64,000 nucleotides of DNA from IMG/VR virus record IMGVR_UViG_3300028840_004475, positions 32,001 to 96,000 of that record; one strand, 5' to 3'. Shown here piece by piece: positions 1-9,700 of this stretch. The position numbers and the translations under genes are program-made. The notes beneath the pieces were generated by a model that saw nothing but the letters and a program-made list of their open reading frames with translations, was not told the origin of the DNA and did no database searches. The DNA is from a virus. How positions within the stretch are numbered: the stretch's first letter is position 1; each line of letters begins with the position of its first letter.

Positions 1-2454
1 GAGCATCGAAGCGACACAGCCGGCGAGCGTTCTTCCTTCTGAAGAGTCATACGGATAGCCGCAGTACATCAACAGAGCACCTAGATTGGCAAAGCCACAC
101 CCAAGCTGACGATGGTCAAGAGCATTCGCGGCGATCTTCTCAGTCGGGTACTTGGCCATGCCGACGAGGATCTCTTGGGCGATGGTCGCGATCCTCACAG
201 CCTTCCTGAACGTCTCGTGATCGAACACCCACTTGCCATTGACATGGCTCACGAACCTGATGAGGTTGAAAGAGCCGAGGTTGCACGCCGAATCGTCGAT
301 ATCCAAGTACTCGCCGCAATTGTGGACGACAATGCCGCCAGCACCACCACAATGCTCAGTTCCATTGTCGGCATCGAGCACCGCGAAATCGTAGACATGG
401 TGCTCACCGTATGGTTCGACAGCCTTTACATACGTCTTGTTGTAAAGCTTCGATGCGCTGTCTCCATCAACACAGTTATGCAGCTTTTCAGTTTTGCTGC
501 TCTGAACAAAACCAATGTGCGATGCGAACCTTTTCAGATAAGCATTAGATACTGTGACATTGTATGACTCACGACATTCGTAGACGCCGTTATCAAATTC
601 AACACTTGTGGCCCTATTGGTTCCGATGTTTGACCTGATTCCAAGCATGGCCAAACACTGCACAACCTGCTGTGCCAAAAGCTTACTAGATGTCTTCAGC
701 TGCACTTTGTTGTACTTCTCTAGAACAGAACCATTCGCAGAGAATAATCCTCTCAAAAAAGAAGCAACAACATAGGAGCCAGCCTCTAAGATGCACTGAC
801 TAATTGACCGCTCGTATGTTCTCCCACCTATGGAATGTGCATCCCACAAAGAACCGTACAGTCTTGACGATATAGAATGTTTGTCATCTATAATGTCATG
901 ACAATCTCGAAAAGTTTTCTTGAACAACTCACCGACTTCATCATCATCGCCATCTGTGCGTAGATAAATCCTAGCTGGATGAATCGTTGAACCGCCATTC
1001 CAAAGTACCTGTTTTCTATTCGGCGTCCCATCACCGAGCCCATACCCAAGCAGTACTGCCTCATTCTCAGTCAGACCAATATCTTTTCCAGTGAAAATAA
1101 TATTATTCAAAGACAGGCGAACGGTAGCGCCTTGCATGCCGGCAGCTGAATGAAAAACACCACAGAATTCTTCTCCTATGACACCTTTTTTGCTGATATC
1201 GCCATCGCTTGCCAAACGATGGTCAGATGTAACGATAAGCTCGAGACCATTGGACAATGTGACCTTGACGGTACTTTTTCTACCACTATAAATACCCTTC
1301 GCGCGCTGGTAACAATCGCCAGTAGAACTGACAATTTCAAATTCCTTATCAGCCAAATCCCGAATTGGAATCAGACCCTTTGACGTCTGAATCAAAGTGT
1401 CGCCATGCAGACATGGATTGCTAGCACGGATCTCACCGGAGTTCGGAATGGTGTTGTACTTGTTGATGTTGTCGCTGTACAGGATACCAGGATCGCCACA
1501 GTAGTGGATTGCCTCTGCCATCTCGCGCAGGATCTCTCGAGCCTTCACGGACTCCTTGTGGCTGCCGTTCTTCAAGTAGTAGAGGTCCCAATCACCGTCT
1601 TCCTCAACGGCCCGCATGAAAGCTGCGTTGACGCGCACACTATGGTTCTCATTCTGAAAGGCCACAGAAGAGTAGGCACCGTTCTCGTCGTCGAATGAAT
1701 CACTGTAGCCAGCCATCTTCAGGGCTCTGGCCTTCTCCTCTTCGACGAGCTTGCTCCTGATGAAGTACCTCACGTCCGGGTGCGACACGTCCAGGATCAC
1801 CATCTTCGCCGCACGTCTGGTCTTACCGCCGCTCTTGATGACACCAGCAGAAGCGTCGAGGCCCTTCATGAACGAGACTGGACCGCTGGCCAGGCCGCCC
1901 CCAGACAGGCGCTCATCACGCCCGCGCAGCCTCGAGAAGTTGGTACCAGTACCGGAACCGTTCTTGAAAATCCTACCCTCGTTGACTGCGAGCTGCAGGA
2001 TGGAATCCATATCGTCTTCAACGCTCTGGATGAAACAAGCAGACACCTGTGGCGTCTCATCGATACCCACGTTGAAGTAGACCGGAGAGTTGAAAGAGTA
2101 GTACTGGTGGAAGATGAGCCACTTCAGGTCGAGAGAGAAAGAGTAGGCAGACTCCTCATCGAAGTAGCCCTCCGTCAGACCGTGCTCCGTTATCGTGTTG
2201 ACCACACGCGCAGCAAGCTGCTTGAGGCTGTGCTCGCGCTCCGCAGTACCTCCGATACCCTTGAAGTACTTGTCCGCTGTGATGGACACAGCAGTGTCTG
2301 ACCAGAACCGAGGGAACTCAACGTCTCTCTGTTCAAAGATAGACTTGCCGTCGACGTTCTTGATGACAGCGTCACGTTTGATCCACTCTATCTCCGTCTC
2401 CAAGTCTTCTTCACTGGAGACGAAATACGGCGCTATCTTGATCGTGTTGGTCAT
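1..2454 (-). CDS. nrdJ: Class II (adenosylcobalamin-dependent) ribonucleotide reductase, intein-containing, 3' end runs off the window
   Basis: Translated by hand from ATG at 2454: MTNTIKIAPYF..FEQRDVEFPRFWSDTAVSITADKYF..FNSPVYFNVG..SACFIQSVED..GSGTGTNFS..KSGGKTRRAAKM..GDPG..ASNP|intein|CGEY..SACNLGSFNL..HRQLGVGFANLG. Frame is open to position 1. Confidence 0.92.
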   Translation of the reverse strand, partial: MTNTIKIAPYFVSSEEDLETEIEWIKRDAVIKNVDGKSIFEQRDVEFPRFWSDTAVSITADKYFKGIGGTAEREHSLKQLAARVVNTITEHGLTEGYFDEESAYSFSLDLKWLIFHQYYSFNSPVYFNVGIDETPQVSACFIQSVEDDMDSILQLAVNEGRIFKNGSGTGTNFSRLRGRDERLSGGGLASGPVSFMKGLDASAGVIKSGGKTRRAAKMVILDVSHPDVRYFIRSKLVEEEKARALKMAGYSDSFDDENGAYSSVAFQNENHSVRVNAAFMRAVEEDGDWDLYYLKNGSHKESVKAREILREMAEAIHYCGDPGILYSDNINKYNTIPNSGEIRASNPCLHGDTLIQTSKGLIPIRDLADKEFEIVSSTGDCYQRAKGIYSGRKSTVKVTLSNGLELIVTSDHRLASDGDISKKGVIGEEFCGVFHSAAGMQGATVRLSLNNIIFTGKDIGLTENEAVLLGYGLGDGTPNRKQVLWNGGSTIHPARIYLRTDGDDDEVGELFKKTFRDCHDIIDDKHSISSRLYGSLWDAHSIGGRTYERSISQCILEAGSYVVASFLRGLFSANGSVLEKYNKVQLKTSSKLLAQQVVQCLAMLGIRSNIGTNRATSVEFDNGVYECRESYNVTVSNAYLKRFASHIGFVQSSKTEKLHNCVDGDSASKLYNKTYVKAVEPYGEHHVYDFAVLDADNGTEHCGGAGGIVVHNCGEYLDIDDSACNLGSFNLIRFVSHVNGKWVFDHETFRKAVRIATIAQEILVGMAKYPTEKIAANALDHRQLGCGFANLGALLMYCGYPYDSSEGRTLAGCVASML
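319..1413 (-). mobile_element. Intein (365 aa) with LAGLIDADG homing endonuclease in NrdJ
   Basis: Starts CLHGDTLIQT, block B VTSDHRL, LAGLIDADG-like motifs LLGYGLGDG and FLRGLFSANGS, ends GIVVHN followed by C(+1)GEY. Lower GC than the flanks. Confidence 0.92.
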
Positions 2455-2456
2455 TC

Positions 2457-3563
2457 TCACTGCCTCGTGTAGGAGATGCCGGCGTGCACAAGTCTCTCTG
2501 AATCAACATCTTCAGATGGATTCGCACCGACATACTTGCTGATCATTTCCTCGATGGCACTGGTAGGATTGATACCAGACGCCTTCCTCTTGGACTTCTT
2601 GTCTATCCATCTAGGCACGACACGCATCGCACCATTTTCCTTCAACGACTTGATGTGGCCGTCGATGTCCACGCTAGACCGTGCAGACGCACTGCCTTTC
2701 AGGCGCACGATAACGACCGCCTTCTTCAGCTTCTTCTTGTAGTCAGCTGGGCGCTCCAGGACAGACGGCATCTTACCGTCGAGATCCCACTCTAGATCGT
2801 AGAACCTTGGGCCTGGCAACGCGTGGAATTCGTGGCCTGCGCTGGTGTCATCGAAGATCTGGTAGCCCTTGCGCTGTCCCTTGTCTCTCAGACTGACCTG
2901 CATCGGCGAACCGCAATACCAGATGTTGTCAGCAATTGTCTGATACCTATGAAAGTCACCGAATACGACGTGGTCGAAGTACTTGGACGCCTCCAGCACT
3001 GCGTCCATCTTGATGCCTTCATTGGATGAGGTACCGGTATCGAACAGGGCGCCGCTGATTGGACCGTGCGCCACCAGGACAGACGTCCTGCTCTTCTTGA
3101 TGGAGCCTATGAAATCCTTGGCGATACTTGCGAACGAGTCAGTGATGTCCGCAACCGCTGGAATGCAATAGAAGTCATACGGGCTGCGCTCTATCTTCTG
3201 TGGAGTAGTGACGATGTGCACGTTGTCTGGTACAAAGTGCTCCCAGTGCGAGATGACTCCGATGTTGCTGTTCCTTGCATCGAACCCATGGTTGCCCTCG
3301 AGCAGCAGGACAAACTCGATGTCTGCCATCCCTGCAACGGCCCTGGACGAGTAGTACAGTGTGTTGTTGTCAGGGGTGCGACTGTCCAAGAGGTCGCCAG
3401 CAACTACTAAGTAGCCCTTCAGGGCGATGATGTGAGCTATCAGCTTCTTGAGTAGAAGACACTTCAGCTTCAGGAAGTTGCTGACGCCTGCCTTATCGTA
3501 TTCAGCATACGGATCGTCATTGCTGAGATGCCAGTCGGCACTTGTGATAACAGGAGCCGCCAT
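2457..3563 (-). CDS. SbcD/Mre11-like calcineurin-type metallophosphoesterase nuclease
   Basis: Motifs ADWH, VAGDLLD, EGNHG, AHG, FGDFH, YCGSP. Confidence 0.85.
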   Translation of the reverse strand: MAAPVITSADWHLSNDDPYAEYDKAGVSNFLKLKCLLLKKLIAHIIALKGYLVVAGDLLDSRTPDNNTLYYSSRAVAGMADIEFVLLLEGNHGFDARNSNIGVISHWEHFVPDNVHIVTTPQKIERSPYDFYCIPAVADITDSFASIAKDFIGSIKKSRTSVLVAHGPISGALFDTGTSSNEGIKMDAVLEASKYFDHVVFGDFHRYQTIADNIWYCGSPMQVSLRDKGQRKGYQIFDDTSAGHEFHALPGPRFYDLEWDLDGKMPSVLERPADYKKKLKKAVVIVRLKGSASARSSVDIDGHIKSLKENGAMRVVPRWIDKKSKRKASGINPTSAIEEMISKYVGANPSEDVDSERLVHAGISYTRQ

Positions 3564-3571
3564 CTGACACC

Positions 3572-3844
3572 CTAGTTGCTCGCCGGTACAGTGCCATCAG
3601 GAGCCGTATTGACGATCGTATCGCTCAGCCTGGACAACTCTGCAATGTGCTGCGCCGCCATGGCAGACAGCCTTTCCTCGAACTTCTGGAACCTCTCTCG
3701 AGCCACCTCGACGCAAGGGCTGCGTATCTCAATCTCTCGGTGAACAAGCATGATCGAATACGTGATGATGGTGTTCGCATATTCAGCACAGACACCGTCC
3801 GAGAACGGGTTGTCATGCCCAAAGGGATTGCCATCATGACTCAT
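3572..3844 (-). CDS. Hypothetical protein (90 aa)
   Basis: Fills the gap between recA and the nuclease and overlaps the recA stop. No motif recognised. Confidence 0.55.
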   Translation of the reverse strand: MSHDGNPFGHDNPFSDGVCAEYANTIITYSIMLVHREIEIRSPCVEVARERFQKFEERLSAMAAQHIAELSRLSDTIVNTAPDGTVPASN

Positions 3845-4868
3845 TGATTGCCGCCCGCAGCTTCTCGTACAGCTCTGGTTCGCTGTCCAACATCTTGACG
3901 ACGTCGGTCTGTCTCAGCTGCTTGTCCTTCAGCATTGGTATGCTGTACCAAGGCCCCTTCTTCGTAGCCACCCCGGTTGACACAAGCGCCATCAGGAGAG
4001 CCTGCACGTAGTCGAAGCCTTTGTCGAAATACAGCGGCAGCTCTTCCACCTTGCGGAACGGAAGAGCGCACTTGTTCTTGGTGTTCTCGATGTTCATCCT
4101 GATGCCGGAGATCTCGTTGTCGTCGCCCTTGATCTTACCGACATACTTGACATCGAAGCGCAGGCTGCAATGGTGCTTGATGGCGACGCCGCCGTACATG
4201 TCTGAGCGACGACCAAATGCAACACCGATCTTCGCCTTGGGTTGGTTGCTGTAGACCACCAGGACGTTCCTGGTGCTGATGCGCTTCAGCATCCTGCGCT
4301 GGAAGGCAGCCATCTTCCGAGCGAACTCAGCAACGTGGCTGTCGTCCTCAGTGCCGTTCAGCTCTGCCTTGGTAGGAGTGGCCGCCAGGGAATCGAACAG
4401 CACCACGAGCCCCTGCTTCTCATCGAAGTCAGGGCTGTCATGCTCTGGCATCAACACGACAGCCTCACGCATCTGCGCCAACCCTCGCTCGAGGTAGTCA
4501 GGCGTAGCCAGCATGAACTTGTCGATGTCAGCGCCGACCGCCTTGGCGCGGTCAACTGAGAGGGTGTGCTCGGTCTCGATCCAAAGGACCATGTATCCCT
4601 GCCGCTGCGCAGCCGCAGCTATCATCAGCAGGAAAGTGGTCTTGCCGCTGTCTGGTTTGCCACCGATCTCTATCTGGCGCCCGAATGGTAGGCCATAGAC
4701 GCCATGCCTGTCCCTTGCACAGATGACATCGAAGGCAGCGATATCGGTCGGCAGGCACTTGCGAACGGCGAACGACAAGTCGGGGTCCGAGAGGCATATG
4801 AATCCGATGTCCTTCAGCCTCTCGAGAACCCCGGCATCGTCGCCCTTCTTCTTGGAAGCTCTGGCCAT
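3834..4868 (-). CDS. recA: RecA/UvsX-family recombinase
   Basis: GLPFGRQIEIGGKPDSGKTT (Walker A), LFDSLAA (Walker B), SNQ, GGVAIKHHCSLR, KNK. Confidence 0.92.
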   Translation of the reverse strand: MARASKKKGDDAGVLERLKDIGFICLSDPDLSFAVRKCLPTDIAAFDVICARDRHGVYGLPFGRQIEIGGKPDSGKTTFLLMIAAAAQRQGYMVLWIETEHTLSVDRAKAVGADIDKFMLATPDYLERGLAQMREAVVLMPEHDSPDFDEKQGLVVLFDSLAATPTKAELNGTEDDSHVAEFARKMAAFQRRMLKRISTRNVLVVYSNQPKAKIGVAFGRRSDMYGGVAIKHHCSLRFDVKYVGKIKGDDNEISGIRMNIENTKNKCALPFRKVEELPLYFDKGFDYVQALLMALVSTGVATKKGPWYSIPMLKDKQLRQTDVVKMLDSEPELYEKLRAAINES

Positions 4869-5912
4869 CTACTTCTTGGCCTTGTCGTGCTTCCCGGCCT
4901 TGGCCTCGGACTGCAGTTTGTCGCGGAGACCTGCCTTCTGCGCGGCCTCTTTCTCGGCCTTCTTCTTGGCCTTCAACCGGCGGATGCGCTCCTCCCGGCT
5001 CAGCTTGGGCTTCTCCTTGGGCTGCCGCTTGGGCTCGTCCTGCTCGACCTTGTCAGAGTCCCCAGAACCGCCCGAGCTGCCCCCACCATCCCCGTCATCA
5101 TCCAGGTCGGTCAGGTCAAAGAAGGCCTGGAAACGGGCGTTCAGCTCGTCTGCCTTCTCCTCCGGCTTGGGATCGATGGCCGTCAGATCCTGAATGCCCT
5201 CATCGAGCCTGTCCACGACGTCGGCCGGCATCTCGAACTTGGAGTTGACCACCACCGAGGTCGCATAGCGGGTGTCCCTGACACCGCTGCCAGTGCGCCT
5301 AACCCTGACAGGGCACGCCTCACCTGGGTTGGTGATGTCGCCGAAGTCGGTGAAGTGGTCGCCGAATTGCTCCCAGGCCCTGACCGGCATGTACCACCGG
5401 GAGATACCCTTGGTGCAGGCAGTGACCAGCTCGCAGTCGTCGCAGCCATCCACCTGACCGTGGTTGAGGAAGCAGTCCTTGATGGCGATGCCTTCCGGCC
5501 ACTGACCGTCCGCATCCAGGATGGAAGTCAGGTCGATCACCTGGGACACTGGCTTGCGTCGCGGCGAGTGCTTGCGGGCCAGCGTGTCCCACTTGTCGCC
5601 ATCGTTCTGCTTCTTCTTGCGGAAGCCCTTCATCTTCCGGCAGCCAGGGCACTTCGCCGGATCCTCGTCGAAGCTGTCGCGCATGCACGGGAGAGAGAAG
5701 TTGCCGGTCTTCCCTTTGGGGATGTCTCTCTGGTGGTAGAGACGCTCCACGAAGGGGACGCCTTCCATGTTCTCGTGTGGGGGGCACAGGTAGATGTACG
5801 CCGTGGCACCGCCCTTCACGCTGAAGGTCGAGGACCGTGTACGATCCTTCGCAGCCTGGTGGTCGGCGTACTTCTTGCCAGTCTTCCCGAGGTCAACACC
5901 ACGAACCGCCAT
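4869..5912 (-). CDS. Putative single-stranded DNA-binding protein (T4 gp32-like, Zn-binding)
   Basis: H..C..CPGC cluster and DITNPGEACPVRVRRTGSGVRDTRY resemble phage gp32-like SSBs. Lies between recA and the uvsY-like gene. Confidence 0.65.
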   Translation of the reverse strand: MAVRGVDLGKTGKKYADHQAAKDRTRSSTFSVKGGATAYIYLCPPHENMEGVPFVERLYHQRDIPKGKTGNFSLPCMRDSFDEDPAKCPGCRKMKGFRKKKQNDGDKWDTLARKHSPRRKPVSQVIDLTSILDADGQWPEGIAIKDCFLNHGQVDGCDDCELVTACTKGISRWYMPVRAWEQFGDHFTDFGDITNPGEACPVRVRRTGSGVRDTRYATSVVVNSKFEMPADVVDRLDEGIQDLTAIDPKPEEKADELNARFQAFFDLTDLDDDGDGGGSSGGSGDSDKVEQDEPKRQPKEKPKLSREERIRRLKAKKKAEKEAAQKAGLRDKLQSEAKAGKHDKAKK

Positions 5913-5924
5913 CGAATCCTCCGA

Positions 5925-6416
5925 TTAGTCTTGCTCTTGCCGGCGCGGTTTTGGACGCCGAATTGGAGCTTCACTTTTATCTCTGCTTCTGGCTGACCTG
6001 CTAGGCAGTGCATCCAGTTTCTTCTCGTATGCCCTGTTGAAGTGCCACAGGATCTTGTGGTGCTTCCTCAGCGACGCCACGGCCTTGGCCTTCGCTATGT
6101 AGGCCTCGTTGCGATCGATCCACGCCTTGACCTTCGAATCGGTCGGCCTGTTGAGCACTTCCATCTCACGAGCGTACTCATCCAGGTTGCCTCGCAGCTC
6201 TTTCAGCTCAATCTCTGCGTCCTCCAGGTCTTCGAAGGCATCAGCCTCGAGGCGACCGCTTGCCATGTAGCCGAGCAGGGTCTCTTCCTCGCTCTGGTCG
6301 AGATCGAGGGCGTACTTGAGGCTCTGGTACATGTCGATGACCAGAGCTTGGCCGCCGCGTTCTCCCGTGTACTGCAGCAGCTCCCTCAGCTGTTTTGTCT
6401 GAGCCTCGGTAGGCAT
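5925..6416 (-). CDS. Putative recombination mediator (UvsY-like helical protein)
   Basis: All-helical 163 aa with PTDSKVKAWIDRNEAY..AYEKKLDAL pattern. Adjacent to the SSB and RecA genes. Confidence 0.5.
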   Translation of the reverse strand: MPTEAQTKQLRELLQYTGERGGQALVIDMYQSLKYALDLDQSEEETLLGYMASGRLEADAFEDLEDAEIELKELRGNLDEYAREMEVLNRPTDSKVKAWIDRNEAYIAKAKAVASLRKHHKILWHFNRAYEKKLDALPSRSARSRDKSEAPIRRPKPRRQEQD

Positions 6417-6707
6417 CTAGCAATCCTTCAAGGGGCCCGCGACCCTGAACCGCACCTTGTTCTTGGCCGGAACCTCGATGGGCTCGCCGGTCATCGGGTT
6501 CTTGGCGGCGTGCGCTTCCACCCTCACCTTCGTGAAGACACCGAGACCTGTTATGCGCAATTGGTCACCAATAGGCATCTTCTCAAGCATACGGACCATG
6601 GCACGCACCAAAGCCTGTGCCTCACGCTGGTCGACATCCGCTTTTTCCGCAACATTTTTCAGCAGATGGACAGTCCCTTTGCTTTTCTTCCGTGGGCTCA
6701 TGGGCAC
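6417..6707 (-). CDS. hup: HU/IHF-family DNA-binding protein
   Basis: LRITGLGVF..AAKNPMTGEPIEVPAKNKVRFR..LKD. Start is either GTG 6707 or the next ATG. Confidence 0.9.
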   Translation of the reverse strand: MPMSPRKKSKGTVHLLKNVAEKADVDQREAQALVRAMVRMLEKMPIGDQLRITGLGVFTKVRVEAHAAKNPMTGEPIEVPAKNKVRFRVAGPLKDC

Positions 6708-6759
6708 TCCAATGGCGTCACTTTGATATACTGCGGCGCCTATCTATTCTGGCCACGTA

Positions 6760-9700
6760 TCATTCCCTGTGCATGACAGCCATCTCTGAATTGCTACCGC
6801 CATCCAGCACGATCTCTGGCTCGTTTCTGTTGCTGGTACCCTTCCTGCCTACTACTTCCACAAGGTCGCCTACTCTTACATACACCTCGTTGCGATCGGA
6901 GAACTTGGGGCTGACGAACAGGAGGAAGCTGCCATCCTTGTCCTCTACGTCAATAAAGTACATCATGCCGCCGTTCCGGCCTGGGTGGGGATGGACCCTC
7001 CGCACCATGCCGCCGGCTATCATGACCTCACCGTCAGGGGCACGTGCCACGGCAGCCATACTCGAGACCTGCTCGTGGAACCAGCTCGAATACCTGACCC
7101 TGAGGGGCTCGCTCATATAGCCAAGCGCCGCCTCCTTCATCATCGTCCAGTGCTCCGTATTGCTCGGAGACTCTCTGAACTTCTCAGGGACTTCCTTGTC
7201 CTTCCGCAAGCTGCGGTAGTACTCCTCGGCAACTTCGTGTGGTTTGCCAAAGCAGTCCATGGCGCCGGCAGCTATCATGAGGTCGAAGGCTTTCTTGTTC
7301 ACGTTGCGTTTCGGCACGCAGTCGAAGAACTCGCGCAGCGTCTTCGGGCTCGACTCCTTGCATGACGTCGCTATCGCGTCAGCTGTCTTGACACCGATAC
7401 CTTTGATGGCCTTCACGGGCCACGCGATCCTATCGCCCTCGATGCTGAACTCTGCTGTAGGTCTGGTAGCTGCAGGTGGCTCGAACTCGATACCGATCTG
7501 CTGGATGTGTTTCCTGAACGTCCAAATGTTCTCGTTCTTCTTCTCATCAACGTGAGCATGTTCAAGGGTAGCCGCCCAGAACTCGAGCGGGTAATGCACC
7601 TTCAGCCACTGGCAGTAGTAGCCAGTCACTGCATAGCTGGCACTGTGCGAGTTGTGGACTAGGAAGCCGTTGGCGAAGTAGTTTCTTGGCTCTCCTGCCA
7701 TGGAGATGTCGTAGGTGGTCACCGGGACGTTGTCATCGTAGTGACACCTGTCGAGCTTCATGACGCTGGCATCGAGACTGTCACTACCGTCTGGCAGAAA
7801 CAGGATATCGTCATCAGCACGCAGATCCTTGGCGATCCTGAAGCCTCTCTTGGTCGCAACGCCATGTCTCGACGTCAGCGTCACAGAGTTGCCAGACCTC
7901 AACGACAACCTGGCAACGTTCCTCTTCCCGTTCTTGTAGACTGCACCGACCTTGTGGTCGACGACTGTGCCGCTTTCCTTGTCCCAGCTCTTGAGCCAAA
8001 TCTCCGCTCCGGCGCAGTGTCGCTTGTATAAGGTGCTGATCCTGACGTACTCGCCAGAAGCAGTGAGCACCAACGTGTCGCCTACAAGGCACCTATTGAA
8101 ACCGTAAGCGAAGAACGCCAGCAGCTTCTCCCACACGCCTATCGCACGCATGGCATCGAGGCCGTTCTTCACTGCGCCGTCTATGAACTTGGCGCGGAAC
8201 TCGTCCATCATGGCCTTGTCGTGCTTCTTCATGGCAGTGCGCATGACGTCGGCCTCAGACAGGCTGAGCTGCCCGAGGACGTTCGCTGTGCGCATGACGT
8301 CTTCCTGGTAGATGTAGAGGCCGTACGTCCTGTGCAGATACTCCTCGAGCATCGCATGGTCGTACTCAGGCGTCATATTACCTGCCTTCAGATCGATGAA
8401 CTTGTTGTGGGCATCGGCATCCATCGGACCAGGACGCAACACGGCGTTCGCCGTAATCAGGTCCTCAAGCACTACGTGGTCAAGGCGTGAGAGGAATGAA
8501 CTCTGGAGCCTACTGTTGAACTGGAAAACGCCCTCTGTGGCGCCCTTATTGAATTCAGCCAGCACCTCGTGTTCATGCAGGTTGATCTTGTCAGTCGCCA
8601 GCACGATCTGTTTGTCATGCCTCTCTTCTACGAGCCGCGCGCAGGTCTTGAAGACGTTCAAGGTCTTGATGCCAAGGACGTCCAGCTTCAACAAGCCACG
8701 ACGCTCACAGTAGATGTCCTCCCACTGCGTGACGGTGACACGCCCCTCGTCCTGGACGTTCTGCGACCTGATAGGCACCCAGTCAGTCAGCTTCGTGGGT
8801 GTGATGAGAACTGCTGCGGCGTGGCGTGATGGGGCCTTGACTTGGTCCTCAAGACCTTCGCAGTAGTAGTCTACAAAGTACGGGTAGTCAGCATAGAAAC
8901 TCTTGAACAGCTTCGACTTCTTCTTCGCTTGTTTGAGATCTTCTATCTTCTCGTCTTCCAGCGACGAACAAAGCTTGTTCAATTTCCTGATGTCGAACAA
9001 CGCCACGCTGTCTTCATCAACCGGTAGATCGCCGCCGAAGGCTCGATGCAGGTCGCGTATCAAGCTCTTCAGCTTCATCGTCTGATAGGTGGTGATGGTG
9101 CAGACCCTATCGGCTCCATACTTGTCCACCAAGTACTGCTTGACGTCAGGACGCCGCACCTTCTCGAAGTCTAGGTCAATGTCTGGGAGAGCGTCGGCAC
9201 TCTTGGCGCGCTCGCCAGAGATACGAGTAGGGTTCAAAAAGCGCTCGAACATCAAGTCGAACTCGAACGGATCGATGTCGGTGATCTTCATGCAGTAGGC
9301 GACCAGAGAACCAGCAACACTACCTCTGGCCGCACCGACTGCGATGTCATTGTTGCGGCACCACCGAATGATGTCTTCAACGATGAGGAAGTAGTCGATG
9401 AAGTTGGCTTTCTTGATGACGCCATATTCGTACTTGAAACGCTTGCGGTACTCGTCGATGCGCTTCCTCTTCTTCTTGTTCCTCCCGATGCGCTCGCGGA
9501 AACCTTCCTTGGCAATCGCCAGGAACAGGTCCGCGTTGTTTTTCATGTCGTCGGTGTTCAGCTCGTGAGACGTTCGGTCGTACACTGGCAGGCTGTGCTT
9601 GCCTATCTCCAGCTCAACATTGCAGTTGGCTGCGCACTCCAAGGTGTTGTGGACTAGCTCATCGAACATGAGCTGCGTGACGTACGAGTGCTTGCTGGCT

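Noticed and set aside
112-2542. Short ORFs listed in the ORF track over the first 2.5 kb
   Set aside because: The region is one minus-strand nrdJ ORF, missed by the track because it has no stop inside the window.
4704-5996. 430-aa plus-strand ORF and the many similar plus-strand ORFs across the window
   Set aside because: They lie opposite well-supported minus-strand genes, as expected from codon bias.
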